From assembly GCA_944327135.1 (NCBI GenBank), contig CALVGQ010000084.1, positions 2,502 through 66,501 on the forward strand: a stretch of DNA of 64,000 nucleotides, in the 5' to 3' direction. Each line of letters starts with the position of its first letter. Position 1 is the first letter of the stretch. Below, piece by piece: positions 26,562 to 36,286 of this stretch. The stretch is from an uncultured Erysipelotrichaceae bacterium. GTDB taxonomy: Bacteria; Bacillota_I; Bacilli_A; Erysipelotrichales; Erysipelotrichaceae. The translations under genes and the position numbers were made by a program. Below the pieces are notes generated by a model. That model worked only from the letters and a program-made list of their open reading frames with translations. It did not search any database and was not told where the DNA came from.

Positions 26562-27560
26562 ATGAAAACATGGAATTTTCAGCAAGTTTACGTCCAAGCA
26601 GCAGCCACTGCTTGTGGGCCATTAGAAGCTCAAGGCCCGCTGGCGGGATGTTTTGATGTGAGCTTTGATGATGTTTATTGTGAAGAAAAAACGTATGAGA
26701 GTGCAGAGCGACGGCTGTTGCAAGAAGCGGTCGAGAGTGCTATGCGCAAAGCGAAGCTCTCACAAGAGGATCTGGAAGTAGCAGTGGGCGGTGATTTGAT
26801 CAACCAATTAGGAACCAGCCATTATTTTATGCGGAGTATGAATGTTCCATTTTTGGGAGTTTACGGAGCCTGCAGCAACAGTACATTGTCCTCGTTATGC
26901 GCAGCAGCCTTTGTGGAAGGAGGCTTTGCAAATCTGGCATTGACCTTTACGAGCTCTCATAATGCAACAGCAGAGCGGCAGTTTCGTTTTCCTAATGAAT
27001 ATGGGGTTCAAAAGCCACCGACAACGACATTCACGGCAACTGGAGCAGGAGCTATGATCTTAGGCAGAAAAAAGGATACGATTCGGCTGACTCAGGGAAC
27101 GATGGGGAAAGTAGTCGATTTTGATTACAAAAATGCCAATGACATGGGCAGCGCGATGGCACCAGCTGCGTTTGATACGATTCAGGCTCATTTTCAAAAT
27201 ACAGGGACTTCATTTGCCGATTATGATTTGATCGCAACCGGTGATCTGTCGAAGATTGGCCATGAGATCTTAATTGATCTGTTTTGCCATGAAAACAAGG
27301 ATCCGTTAGGAAAGCTGATTGATTGTGGCTGCATCTTGTATGATCAGAAAGCACAAGCTGTCTTTTCGGGAGGCAGCGGTTGTGCCTGCAGCAGTTTGGT
27401 TACAATTGCCTGGTTGTTTGAAAAGATGCGTCAAAAAAAGCTGAAACGAGTGATGGTTGTGGCAACCGGTGCTTTGCTTTCACCGATTTTGATTCAGCAA
27501 AAAGAATCGATTCCTTGTGTTGCGCATGCTTTGGTGTATGAAAGCGAGGCAGAAAAATGA
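26562..27560 (+). CDS. spoVAD: stage V sporulation protein AD (thiolase-like fold)
   Basis: 332 aa with the GGDLINQ motif. Its position between spoVAC and spoVAEb supports the call. Confidence 0.9.
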   Translation: MKTWNFQQVYVQAAATACGPLEAQGPLAGCFDVSFDDVYCEEKTYESAERRLLQEAVESAMRKAKLSQEDLEVAVGGDLINQLGTSHYFMRSMNVPFLGVYGACSNSTLSSLCAAAFVEGGFANLALTFTSSHNATAERQFRFPNEYGVQKPPTTTFTATGAGAMILGRKKDTIRLTQGTMGKVVDFDYKNANDMGSAMAPAAFDTIQAHFQNTGTSFADYDLIATGDLSKIGHEILIDLFCHENKDPLGKLIDCGCILYDQKAQAVFSGGSGCACSSLVTIAWLFEKMRQKKLKRVMVVATGALLSPILIQQKESIPCVAHALVYESEAEK

Positions 27561-27910
27561 TGGATTACGTCGGTGCTTTTTTAGTCTGTGGAAGCATTTG
27601 TTTAATCGGACAGATTTTGTATGATCATACTTCCTGGACAGCAGGACATATTACAAGCTGCTTTGTAGTGGTAGGGGCTGTACTTGATTTTTTTGATCTG
27701 TATGATCGGATTATTGATTTTGGCAAAGCAGGAGCCTATTTGCCAATTACTAGCTTTGGTCATTCGCTGATGCATGGAGTTATGCTGGAGGTAAAGGAAA
27801 CAGGATGGCTTGGAATCGGACAAGGAATGTTCGCATTGACAGCTCCAGGCATTGCTACAGCGATTTTCTGTGCATTTTGGGTCGCTATCCTGTTTAAACC
27901 TAAGTCATGA
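27557..27910 (+). CDS. spoVAE: stage V sporulation protein AEb
   Basis: 117 aa with the motifs AFLVCGSICLIGQILYD, PITSFGHSLMHG and FKPKS. Confidence 0.9.
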   Translation: MMDYVGAFLVCGSICLIGQILYDHTSWTAGHITSCFVVVGAVLDFFDLYDRIIDFGKAGAYLPITSFGHSLMHGVMLEVKETGWLGIGQGMFALTAPGIATAIFCAFWVAILFKPKS

Positions 27911-29277
27911 CTATTTTTTCTTCACATTGCTCCAGCACGATTGCATGGTTTAAGAATGAATGCCGCTGTTTTGATCTGACGATTCGTTCTGCTTCGGTTC
28001 GGGATCAGGAGTATATTTTGATTTTTGTTGGCGGTGTTACTGGAAGCATGGCGATCCAACCTATTTTGGAAAGCCTTTCCGCTCAGCGCTTGAGTCAGGA
28101 AATGATTCTTTATCCGGCGACTGTAACAGAAGCTGCTTCGCTAGAAGAGGCACTGCTTGCGGTTTTGCAGGGGCAGACTCTTGTTTTGCAAGAAGGAAAA
28201 GCAGTGGGATGGCTGGTGGATACCCGCAGTATTCCCGGACGTTCGCCCAGCGAACCGACTGTTGAAAAAAGCATTCGCGGATCCAGAGATGGCTTTGTCG
28301 AGCATTTGATGACCAATATTGGGTTAATTCGAAAACGGATCAAGGATCCACAGATGCGGATTGAAAGCCGCCAGTTTGGCAGCCGTACGCATACCGATCT
28401 AGCTATTTTTTATATTGCGGATTTAGTGGATGTCAGGGCAAAGGACGATTTATTTCGTCGGATGGATCAGCTGGATCCACAAACTGATCTGCATTCCGAG
28501 CGTCATTTGTGTGAACTGCTTTATGGGCAATCTTTTAATCCATACCCGCATGTGCGTTATACCGAGCGTCCTGATATTGTAACGATCCATTTGCTTCAGG
28601 GGAATGTTGCCATTTTAGTGGATCAAAGCCCAACAGCAGTTTTGGTTCCTGCGACATTTTTTGAAACAACTTCTCAGATTGAGGAATATACTCAGACTTA
28701 TCTGATCTCTGTTGTTTTGCGTTTTTTAAGAACGTTTGGGGTTCTTTGCAGTCTGTATTTGCTTCCATTATGGATGATGGCTGTATTGAATCATCACAGC
28801 TTTTTCTTAATGCCGCAGACTTCGGTCACGAATTCTTTTCTGTTTGGCTTGCAGGTATTGGTAGCAGATGGTTTGGTAGAATGGATTCGGCTGTCTTTGA
28901 TCCACAGTCCGCTGCTGCTTTCTAGTTTATTGGGAATGGTTGCAGTTTTTGTGCTGGGGGACAGTGCGATTGCTTATGGAGCATATACTCAGGAAATTCT
29001 CATTGTGGTAGCGGTGGTGAATATCGGAAATTTTGTGACATCCAGCTATGAGCTTTCAATGGCGAACAAAATCAGCCGGCTGTTTTTGGTTTTTTGCGGG
29101 ATGCTTTTCGGTAATTTGGGCATTATTGTCGGAATTGGGGTGCATTTGTGGATTTTAGCTACTTCAAAATCAGGTGGGAAGCCTTATCTTTATCCAGTGT
29201 TTCCCCTGGATTTGAAAGAATTAAGACGACTATTTTTCGGAGATTTTACTCAATCTGGCCGTAAAAAAAACAATTAA
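27907..29277 (+). CDS. spoVAF: GerA-family protein, SpoVAF-like
   Basis: GerA core (SIRGSRDGFVEHLMTNIGLIRKRIKDP) followed by a C-terminal TM bundle. Its start overlaps the spoVAEb stop by 4 nt. Confidence 0.8.
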   Translation: MTIFSSHCSSTIAWFKNECRCFDLTIRSASVRDQEYILIFVGGVTGSMAIQPILESLSAQRLSQEMILYPATVTEAASLEEALLAVLQGQTLVLQEGKAVGWLVDTRSIPGRSPSEPTVEKSIRGSRDGFVEHLMTNIGLIRKRIKDPQMRIESRQFGSRTHTDLAIFYIADLVDVRAKDDLFRRMDQLDPQTDLHSERHLCELLYGQSFNPYPHVRYTERPDIVTIHLLQGNVAILVDQSPTAVLVPATFFETTSQIEEYTQTYLISVVLRFLRTFGVLCSLYLLPLWMMAVLNHHSFFLMPQTSVTNSFLFGLQVLVADGLVEWIRLSLIHSPLLLSSLLGMVAVFVLGDSAIAYGAYTQEILIVVAVVNIGNFVTSSYELSMANKISRLFLVFCGMLFGNLGIIVGIGVHLWILATSKSGGKPYLYPVFPLDLKELRRLFFGDFTQSGRKKNN

Positions 29278-29331
29278 AAAAGACTTCTGCCACGAAGTTA
29301 AAAAAACACTGGAAGAAGTGGGACCTTAGAA

Positions 29332-29366
29332 AAAAGCTGGTGTAAAAAGTCAGCTTTTGTTATAAT
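29332..29366 (+). promoter_or_regulatory. terminator-like hairpin overlapping an extended -10 promoter element for scpA
   Basis: AAAAGCTG / CAGCTTTT hairpin. TGTTATAAT lies at 29358-29366. Confidence 0.5.
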
Positions 29367-29386
29367 AGGACCGTTGAGGTGGTAGC

Positions 29387-30118
29387 ATGGCTTTTACTGT
29401 GACGGTGCAGCAGTTTGAAGGACCCCTGGATTTAATGCTTCATCTAATCCGGGAACAAAAACTGGATCTGTTTGATTTGGATATCAGTGTGCTGACCGAT
29501 CAATATCTGCTTTATCTGAATCAAATGGAAAAAATGCATCTGGAGATCGAAAGTGAATATTTGGTTGAGCTGGCGACTTTGATTGAGTATAAAAGTAAAA
29601 AATTGCTGCCGAAAGATACTTCTGAGCTCGAAGGAGATTATCAGGAAGATCCAAAAGAACGGTTGATCCGTCGTCTGCTGGAGTATCAGCAGTTCAAGGA
29701 GGTTAGTGAAAAGCTGAGTGTGAATTATCTGGAACGGAGCCTTCAAATGAGTAAACCGCTGGCAGCAGAGGCCGAGGAATGGATGGCGCGCAATGAAGAA
29801 AACACCCCAGTTAAAGGAACCCCTTATGAATTGGTAAAAGCAATGATGAAATGCTTGCGGCGGGCGCAGCTGATGCGACCGATTGAAACCAAGTTTACTC
29901 AGAAAGAACTTTCTGTTGAAGATCGGATTTTGCAGATTCGATCCCGGCTGCTGACACTGCCGAAAACATTCCGATTTGAAGTTCTTTTGGAAGACTGCAA
30001 TGACCTGCACACTTCTGTTGTAACATTTCTATCTGTATTGGAACTGGCGAAAAACCGAATTTTATTTTTTACGGTTGATGAAGAAGAAAACATATGGTTT
30101 AAAAGAGGGGATGCTTAA
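29387..30118 (+). CDS. scpA: segregation and condensation protein A
   Basis: FEGPLDLMLHLIREQKLDLFDLDISVLTDQYL at the N-terminus. Confidence 0.93.
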   Translation: MAFTVTVQQFEGPLDLMLHLIREQKLDLFDLDISVLTDQYLLYLNQMEKMHLEIESEYLVELATLIEYKSKKLLPKDTSELEGDYQEDPKERLIRRLLEYQQFKEVSEKLSVNYLERSLQMSKPLAAEAEEWMARNEENTPVKGTPYELVKAMMKCLRRAQLMRPIETKFTQKELSVEDRILQIRSRLLTLPKTFRFEVLLEDCNDLHTSVVTFLSVLELAKNRILFFTVDEEENIWFKRGDA

Positions 30119-30660
30119 TGGAGAATTTACAGGCGATACTGGAGGGCTTATTATTTCTAGTGGGAGATGAGGGCGTCACACTGGAACAGCTGAGTACAAT
30201 TTTAGAAATCAGTGAGCCGCTTGTTCAGCAGCAATTGGATCAAATGCAGAAACGATATCTGGAAGAAGACCATGGAATCGAAATTGTTCATTACGGAGGC
30301 GTTTATAAATATGTATCCAAGGCTTTGCTGCATCCCTATGCAGAAAAGCTGTTTCAAGGTGCCAAGTTTCATACGCTCAGCAATTCAGCCATGGAGACAC
30401 TGGCAATCATTGCTTATAAACAGCCGATTACGCGAGTCGAGATCGAAGAAATTCGTGGAGTAGGATGTGATATGATGCTGCGAAAACTGCAGGCAAGAAA
30501 TCTGATCCGGGAAGCCGGCCGCTCGGAAGCTCCAGGAAGACCGATTTTATATGAGGTCACTCAAGAATTCATGGACAGCTTTAAGCTGGTTAGCCTAGAT
30601 GAGCTTCCTGAACTTCCTGAATTTAGTAATGAAGATGACAATGAAAATCTCTTTGATTAG
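30118..30660 (+). CDS. scpB: segregation and condensation protein B
   Basis: Winged-helix repeats (LEGLLFLVGDEGVTL, ETLAIIAYKQPITRVEIEEIRGV). It is translationally coupled to scpA. Confidence 0.92.
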   Translation: MENLQAILEGLLFLVGDEGVTLEQLSTILEISEPLVQQQLDQMQKRYLEEDHGIEIVHYGGVYKYVSKALLHPYAEKLFQGAKFHTLSNSAMETLAIIAYKQPITRVEIEEIRGVGCDMMLRKLQARNLIREAGRSEAPGRPILYEVTQEFMDSFKLVSLDELPELPEFSNEDDNENLFD

Positions 30661-30690
30661 AGATTTTTCGATTTTTTGGGGGAGAAAGTG

Positions 30691-32445
30691 ATGATTGTAT
30701 CTTTAGAAAAAGTCAGTCTTGCTTATTTAAAAAAGCCAATTCTGGATCAGGTCAGTCTGGTAATCAATGAGAAAGAAAAATGGGGTGTAGTGGGAGCCAA
30801 TGGGGCGGGCAAAAGCACGCTTTTAAAGATTCTAGCGCAGATTGAAAAGCCGGATTCAGGAAATGTGACGGTGCTTCCTTCGGTACGGATCGCCTATTGT
30901 CCGCAGATCAGTGAATGGAAGGAAGAGGAAACGGTTTTAGAAGCTGTGCTGTCTGGATGTGAGAAAGAAAAAGCAGCGGAATATGAAGCAAAGCGGATCT
31001 TAGGAAAATTAAAGATGGAAGACTGGAGTCGGCCAATTGCTCAGTGTTCTGGAGGACAGCGAAAACGTGTGGCGCTGGCCAGGGCACTTATTCAGCCATC
31101 CGATCTGCTGCTGTTGGATGAGCCGACCAATCATCTCGATCAGCAGATGATCTTATGGCTTGAAAAAACGTTGATTCGTTTGAATCAAGCTCTGGTGCTT
31201 GTTACCCATGACCGATATTTTTTAAATCGAATTACTGATCAGATGATCGAAGTGGATCAAGGCAAGTTATATACCTATGCCGGCAATTATGCGGATTATC
31301 TAGAGCAGCGTCAGCAACGGATTGAGCAGTTGGCCTCCAAGGAACAGAAGCGGCAGAATTTCTTGCGGAAAGAAAGTGAATGGATTCGCCGTGGAGCGAT
31401 GGCACGTTCCACCAAAAGCAAAGAGCGCATTGCCCGTTTTGAACGAATAAGTGCGGAAGCGCCGGCTATTCAGCCTCAAAGTTCATTGCAGCTGGAATCT
31501 GCGGCTTTTCGGTTGGGTAAAAAAACGATCGAGCTGAAGCATGCTTCCAAATCATATGGGGGACGGGTTCTTTTTGATGATTTCAGCTATCTGCTTGGTC
31601 GTCATGATCGTATCGGGATCATTGGACCGAATGGCTGTGGAAAGACAACGTTGCTGAAAATGATACTTAAACAGGTCGCTCCAGAAAAAGGAGAAATCGA
31701 ATGGGGGGAGACGGTTCGAATTGGTTATTTTTCTCAGCATTGTGAAGAACTGGATCCACAAAAACGAGTGATCGAGGTGCTTCAGCAGTTTGGTGAACAG
31801 GTAACGACTGCAACGGGGGAAAAAATTTCGGCAGCTAAGATGCTGGAGCGATTTCAATTTACTGCAGATGAACAATATACCCCGGTAGGTCGATGTTCCG
31901 GGGGCCAAAAACGCCGTCTTTCTCTTTTGCTTGTTTTGATGCAGGCCCCTAATGTTTTGCTCCTGGATGAACCGACTAACGATCTGGATGTCAAAACGCT
32001 GACTTTATTGGAAGCCTATTTGGAAGATTTTAATGGGGCAGTCTTGGCTGTCAGCCATGATCGGTATTTTTTGGATAAAATTGCGGATCGTCTATTTGTA
32101 TTTGAAAAGGGTCAGATTCAGGTGCTGAACACTGATTACTCAAGTTATTTGGAAGAACATGAAAAAAAGACAGTTCAAGAAAAAAAGAATCTGGGAAAAA
32201 ATAAAACGGTTCTTAAGTCGAAATCTTGCGGACTTTCTTATTTAGAAAAAAAGGAACTGGACGATTTGAACCGGAAATTGCCGCAGATGTCACAGCATAT
32301 TCAGCAGTTAGAAAGCCAGCTGGCTGAGGCAGCGTCAGAGTTTTCAAAACTTCGGAAGATTTCTTTAAACCTGCAGCAAGCACGTCAACAGCTGGAAGAT
32401 GCTACTGAACGATGGATGGAATTGAGTGAAAAGGAACAAGGATAA
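30691..32445 (+). CDS. ABC-F family ATPase (Uup/YfmR-like translation factor) with a C-terminal coiled coil
   Basis: Two Walker A motifs (GANGAGKST, GPNGCGKTT), two signature motifs, no TM region, and a coiled-coil tail. Start ATG 30691 follows a GGGGGAG RBS. Confidence 0.88.
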   Translation: MIVSLEKVSLAYLKKPILDQVSLVINEKEKWGVVGANGAGKSTLLKILAQIEKPDSGNVTVLPSVRIAYCPQISEWKEEETVLEAVLSGCEKEKAAEYEAKRILGKLKMEDWSRPIAQCSGGQRKRVALARALIQPSDLLLLDEPTNHLDQQMILWLEKTLIRLNQALVLVTHDRYFLNRITDQMIEVDQGKLYTYAGNYADYLEQRQQRIEQLASKEQKRQNFLRKESEWIRRGAMARSTKSKERIARFERISAEAPAIQPQSSLQLESAAFRLGKKTIELKHASKSYGGRVLFDDFSYLLGRHDRIGIIGPNGCGKTTLLKMILKQVAPEKGEIEWGETVRIGYFSQHCEELDPQKRVIEVLQQFGEQVTTATGEKISAAKMLERFQFTADEQYTPVGRCSGGQKRRLSLLLVLMQAPNVLLLDEPTNDLDVKTLTLLEAYLEDFNGAVLAVSHDRYFLDKIADRLFVFEKGQIQVLNTDYSSYLEEHEKKTVQEKKNLGKNKTVLKSKSCGLSYLEKKELDDLNRKLPQMSQHIQQLESQLAEAASEFSKLRKISLNLQQARQQLEDATERWMELSEKEQG

Positions 32446-32490
32446 ATGGGGAAAAAGGACGGCTTTTTGTAAATTAATCAAAGAAAATTC

Positions 32491-32519
32491 TTGAAAAAAA
32501 GAAATGGAAAAGCTATGAT
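32491..32519 (+). promoter_or_regulatory. sigma-A promoter of the pur leader
   Basis: TTGAAA, a 17-nt spacer, then TATGAT. Confidence 0.6.
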
Positions 32520-32546
32520 ATCAATGTGAATTTTAAGATTCACATT

Positions 32547-32613
32547 ACTTGTATAAATGTCAAGAGATGGCTGACACGTTTCTACCCGCTGGCCGACATA
32601 GCGGACTACAAGT
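32547..32613 (+). promoter_or_regulatory. purine riboswitch aptamer (guanine/hypoxanthine type)
   Basis: P1 is ACTTGTA / TACAAGT. The TATAA junction is present. P2 is TGTCA-AGAGATGGC-TGACA. J2/3 is GTTTCTACC. P3 is CGCTG-GCCGACA-TAGCG. The GACTA with C at the specificity position indicates the guanine class. Confidence 0.85.
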
Positions 32614-32721
32614 AAACCTTTTCCCGTTTTGTTTTAGGTTTGGGTTTATTTGTTCAGGGATCGAAGGAAGAATGGAGATGGAACGAATGAATCCAGAAAA
32701 AGAAGCCAAAGATCCCGTTTT

Positions 32722-32751
32722 AAGCGCATCGTAACCATGCGTTTTTTATTT
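32722..32751 (+). terminator. terminator of the pur leader expression platform
   Basis: AAGCGCAT / ATGCGTTT (one G-U pair) followed by TTTTTATTTT, about 20 nt upstream of purC ATG 32772. Confidence 0.6.
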
Positions 32752-32771
32752 TGAGAAAGGGAGAGAAGGAT

Positions 32772-33479
32772 ATGAAGATGCTGTACGAGGGCAAAGCCAA
32801 ACAAATTTTTGAAACTGAGGATCCCAACGAAATTATCATCCATTATAAGGATGATGCTACTGCCGGAAATGGTGCTAAAAAAGGAACGATTGAGAATAAA
32901 GGGATTCTTAATAATAAGATCACGGTCATGATTTATCGCCATCTGGAGGAACAGGGAATCAAGACTCACTTGATTCGGATGCTGAACGAAAGGGACCAAT
33001 TATGTCGGAAGGTCACGATCCTTCCTTTGGAAGTGATCGTGCGTAATGTTATTGCCGGTTCGGCGGCAGCGCGCTTTCAGCTAAAAGAAGGAACAGAGAT
33101 CCGCTGTCCGATTATTGAGCTGTGCTGGAAAGATGATGCTTTAGGAGATCCATTAATTAATGATTTTCATGCGATCGCGTTGAATCTGGCAACGCGTGAG
33201 GAATTGGATGAAATTTATGCCATGACTGAAAAAATCAATACGATTTTGATCGCGATGTGGAAAGAAATGGGAATTCGTCTGATTGACTTTAAAATCGAAT
33301 TTGGAAAGACAGCCGAAGGAGAACTGTTGCTAGCCGATGAAATCAGTCCTGATACCTGCCGGTTATGGGATGCGAAAACGAATGAAAAACTGGATAAAGA
33401 CCGTTTTAGAAGAGATCTGGGACAAATTGAAGAAGCTTATCAGGAGATCTTTTCTCGCTTGGAAAAAAAGGAGGCATAA
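32772..33479 (+). CDS. purC: phosphoribosylaminoimidazole-succinocarboxamide (SAICAR) synthase
   Basis: [13 protein letters not shown] at the N-terminus and [14 protein letters not shown]. Confidence 0.95.
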   Translation: MKMLYEGKAKQIFETEDPNEIIIHYKDDATAGNGAKKGTIENKGILNNKITVMIYRHLEEQGIKTHLIRMLNERDQLCRKVTILPLEVIVRNVIAGSAAARFQLKEGTEIRCPIIELCWKDDALGDPLINDFHAIALNLATREELDEIYAMTEKINTILIAMWKEMGIRLIDFKIEFGKTAEGELLLADEISPDTCRLWDAKTNEKLDKDRFRRDLGQIEEAYQEIFSRLEKKEA

Positions 33480-33480
33480 A

Positions 33481-34884
33481 ATGAGGCTGGAAAAGGAATA
33501 TTTTCTAAGCGGAAAAATCAATGAGGAATGCGGCGTTTTTGGCGTTTATCATGTTCAGGATGCTGCTTCTTTGGCTTATTTTGGGCTGCATGCTTTGCAG
33601 CATCGAGGCCAGGAGGCCTGTGGAATTGCAGTGAGTGACGATCAGAATATTCGATGCGTTAAAAATCAAGGATTAATCAGTGAAGTTTTCAATAATGCAA
33701 TCATTCAGGATTTAAAAGGACATCATGCAGTAGGGCATGTTCGTTATTCAACAGCAGGAGGGAATGTGATTGAAAATGTGCAGCCCTTGGTGGTGCGTGC
33801 ACATCAAGGTCATTTCTGTGCTGTCCATAATGGACAAATCGTCAATGCCCAAGAACTGAAAACAGAGCTGGAAGAAGACGGGTCCATTTTTCAGGGATCA
33901 AGCGACAGTGAGATCATTGTTCATTTGATCCAAAAAGAAAGCGGAACGATGGTTGAAAAGATCATGAAGGCTTGCCGAAAGCTGGAAGGAGCCTTTGCGT
34001 TCATCATTATGACCAAGGACTGCATGTATGCGATTCGGGATAAAAATGGTCTTCGTCCGCTATCCATTGGAAAAATGGAAGAAGATGGTTGGTGCATTAG
34101 TTCAGAGACCTGTGCTTTCGAGATCGTCAACGCTAAATTTGTTCGGGATATTGAACCAGCTGAAGTGGTTCGAATCGCGAAGGATGGAGTGAAATGCTTT
34201 CATTATACGGATCAGACCCAGAAAAAAATGTGTGCAATGGAGTACATTTATTTTGCCCGGCCAGACAGCAGCATTGAGCAGATTAACGTTCATACGGCCC
34301 GGCGGCTTTCCGGACAGATCCTGGCAAAAAATGATGATGTAAAAGCAGATATCGTGATCGGGGTTCCTGATTCCAGTTTATCGGCTGCCATTGGATACAG
34401 TGAGGCTAGCGGATTGCCCTATGAACTTGGTTTGATCAAAAACCGTTATGTTGGCCGTACATTTATTCAGCCGACTCAGAAACAGCGTGAACGGGGTGTT
34501 CGAATGAAGCTTTCTGCTATTTCGGCGATCGTTAAAGGAAAACGGGTAGTGATGGTGGATGATTCTATTGTTCGCGGGACAACTTCAAAACGGATCGTTC
34601 AGCTGCTAAAGGAGGCCGGAGCGACAGAGGTTCACGTTCGAATCGGCTCAGCACCGATCATCAGTCCATGCTTTTATGGAGTAGATACTTCTAGTTATGA
34701 AGAATTGATCAGTGCTCGGATGAATGTGGAAGAGCTGCGACAATTTATTGGTGCAGATTCTTTGAAATTCATGACAATTGAGCAGATGGAAGAAGCCTTT
34801 ATGACTCGTGATTTGTGCGTTTCCTGCTTTACTGGAAAATATCCTACTGCGCTATTTAGCTTTGCAGATCGTTTGAAAAGATAA
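33481..34884 (+). CDS. purF: amidophosphoribosyltransferase
   Basis: A propeptide precedes the CGVFGV nucleophile, and the PRPP-binding motif VVMVDDSIVRGTT is present. Start ATG 33481 follows AAGGAGG; the track ORF start at 33337 lies inside purC. Confidence 0.95.
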   Translation: MRLEKEYFLSGKINEECGVFGVYHVQDAASLAYFGLHALQHRGQEACGIAVSDDQNIRCVKNQGLISEVFNNAIIQDLKGHHAVGHVRYSTAGGNVIENVQPLVVRAHQGHFCAVHNGQIVNAQELKTELEEDGSIFQGSSDSEIIVHLIQKESGTMVEKIMKACRKLEGAFAFIIMTKDCMYAIRDKNGLRPLSIGKMEEDGWCISSETCAFEIVNAKFVRDIEPAEVVRIAKDGVKCFHYTDQTQKKMCAMEYIYFARPDSSIEQINVHTARRLSGQILAKNDDVKADIVIGVPDSSLSAAIGYSEASGLPYELGLIKNRYVGRTFIQPTQKQRERGVRMKLSAISAIVKGKRVVMVDDSIVRGTTSKRIVQLLKEAGATEVHVRIGSAPIISPCFYGVDTSSYEELISARMNVEELRQFIGADSLKFMTIEQMEEAFMTRDLCVSCFTGKYPTALFSFADRLKR

Positions 34885-34896
34885 GGAGAAAGGCAA

Positions 34897-36192
34897 ATGA
34901 TAGAACGTTATTCAAGAAAACCCATGCGTGAGATTTGGTCAGAACAAAATAAATTTGGGGCTTATCTGAAAGTGGAATTACTGGCTTGTGAGGCATGGAG
35001 TGAATTAGGGGAAATTCCTAAGGAGGACATCATCAAGCTGAACAAAAATGCTTCTTTTAATTTGGAACGTATTTATCAGATTGAGCAGGAAACCAAGCAT
35101 GATGTTGTCGCTTTTACTCGAGCAGTCAGTGAAACATTAGGCGAGGAAAAGAAATGGGTTCATTATGGACTTACTTCAACAGATGTCGTGGATACTGCCT
35201 ATGGTTTTCTTTATCAGCAGGCCAATCGAATCCTGAGAGAAGATCTGCAGCGGTTTATCGCAGTATTGAAGAAGCAAGCACTTCGATACAAAGATACGCC
35301 CTGTATGGGGCGGACGCATGGTGTCCATGCAGAAATTACCAGTTTTGGATTAAAGTTTGCGCTCTGGTATGATGAAATGCAGCGGAATTTGAAACGATTT
35401 GAAGCAGCAGCAGCGGAAATTGAAACCGGAAAGATTTCTGGGGCGGTAGGAACATTTGCGAATACACCGCCGTTTGTACAGGATTATGTCTGTGAAAAAT
35501 TGGGATTGCACTCTGCGGCAATTTCTACTCAGGTGCTGCAGCGAGATCGTCATGCTCAGTATTTTGGTACGCTGGCTTTGATTGCAACGAGTTTGGAAAA
35601 AATGGCAACGGAGATCCGACATTTGCAGCGAACCGAGGTCCGTGAGGTAGAAGAACATTTCAGTAAAGGTCAAAAGGGAAGCAGCGCGATGCCCCATAAA
35701 CGCAATCCGATTGGATCAGAGAATATTTGCGGTTGCGCACGAATTATGCGCGGCTATATGATCAGCAGCTATGAAGATGTGGCTTTATGGCATGAGAGGG
35801 ATATTAGTCATTCCAGTGCGGAACGGATCATGGCACCGGATGCAACGGAGCTGCTTGATTATATGTTGAATCGCTTCGCCGGAATTTTGGAGAATCTTAC
35901 GGTTTTCGAAGAAACAATGCGGGAGAACATTTATAAGACCTATGGTGTTATTTTCTCGCAACGATTTATGCTGAAGCTGATTGAAAAAGGATGGAGCCGG
36001 GAAGAAGCTTATGATACTGTTCAACCAAACGCAATTCGTTCCTGGGAAGAAAAACGTGATTTTCGAGAGCTGATGGAGTCCTCTGAAAAGGTGCGTAATG
36101 CCTTGAATGAAGAGGAAATTAAGGATTGCTTCCGTTTGGAACATCATTTGAAAAATGTGGATACGATTTTCCGACGGGTGGGACTTCTTTAA
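34897..36192 (+). CDS. purB: adenylosuccinate lyase
   Basis: Fumarate-lyase signature [11 protein letters not shown]. 431 aa. Confidence 0.95.
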   Translation: MIERYSRKPMREIWSEQNKFGAYLKVELLACEAWSELGEIPKEDIIKLNKNASFNLERIYQIEQETKHDVVAFTRAVSETLGEEKKWVHYGLTSTDVVDTAYGFLYQQANRILREDLQRFIAVLKKQALRYKDTPCMGRTHGVHAEITSFGLKFALWYDEMQRNLKRFEAAAAEIETGKISGAVGTFANTPPFVQDYVCEKLGLHSAAISTQVLQRDRHAQYFGTLALIATSLEKMATEIRHLQRTEVREVEEHFSKGQKGSSAMPHKRNPIGSENICGCARIMRGYMISSYEDVALWHERDISHSSAERIMAPDATELLDYMLNRFAGILENLTVFEETMRENIYKTYGVIFSQRFMLKLIEKGWSREEAYDTVQPNAIRSWEEKRDFRELMESSEKVRNALNEEEIKDCFRLEHHLKNVDTIFRRVGLL

Positions 36193-36232
36193 GTTAAAAA
36201 ACAGAGACTGCCCATCGGACATTGAAGAAATA

Positions 36233-36268
36233 AAGGATGCTTCTATTGTTGGAAGCATCCTTTATTTT
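36233..36268 (+). terminator. intrinsic terminator after purB
   Basis: AAGGATGCTTC / GAAGCATCCTT followed by TATTTTG. Confidence 0.8.
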
Positions 36269-36286
36269 GATAAAATTCAGTAAACG

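Noticed and set aside
32549-32734. A 61-aa plus-strand ORF upstream of purC.
   Set aside because: It lies entirely within the purine riboswitch aptamer and expression platform and has no RBS.
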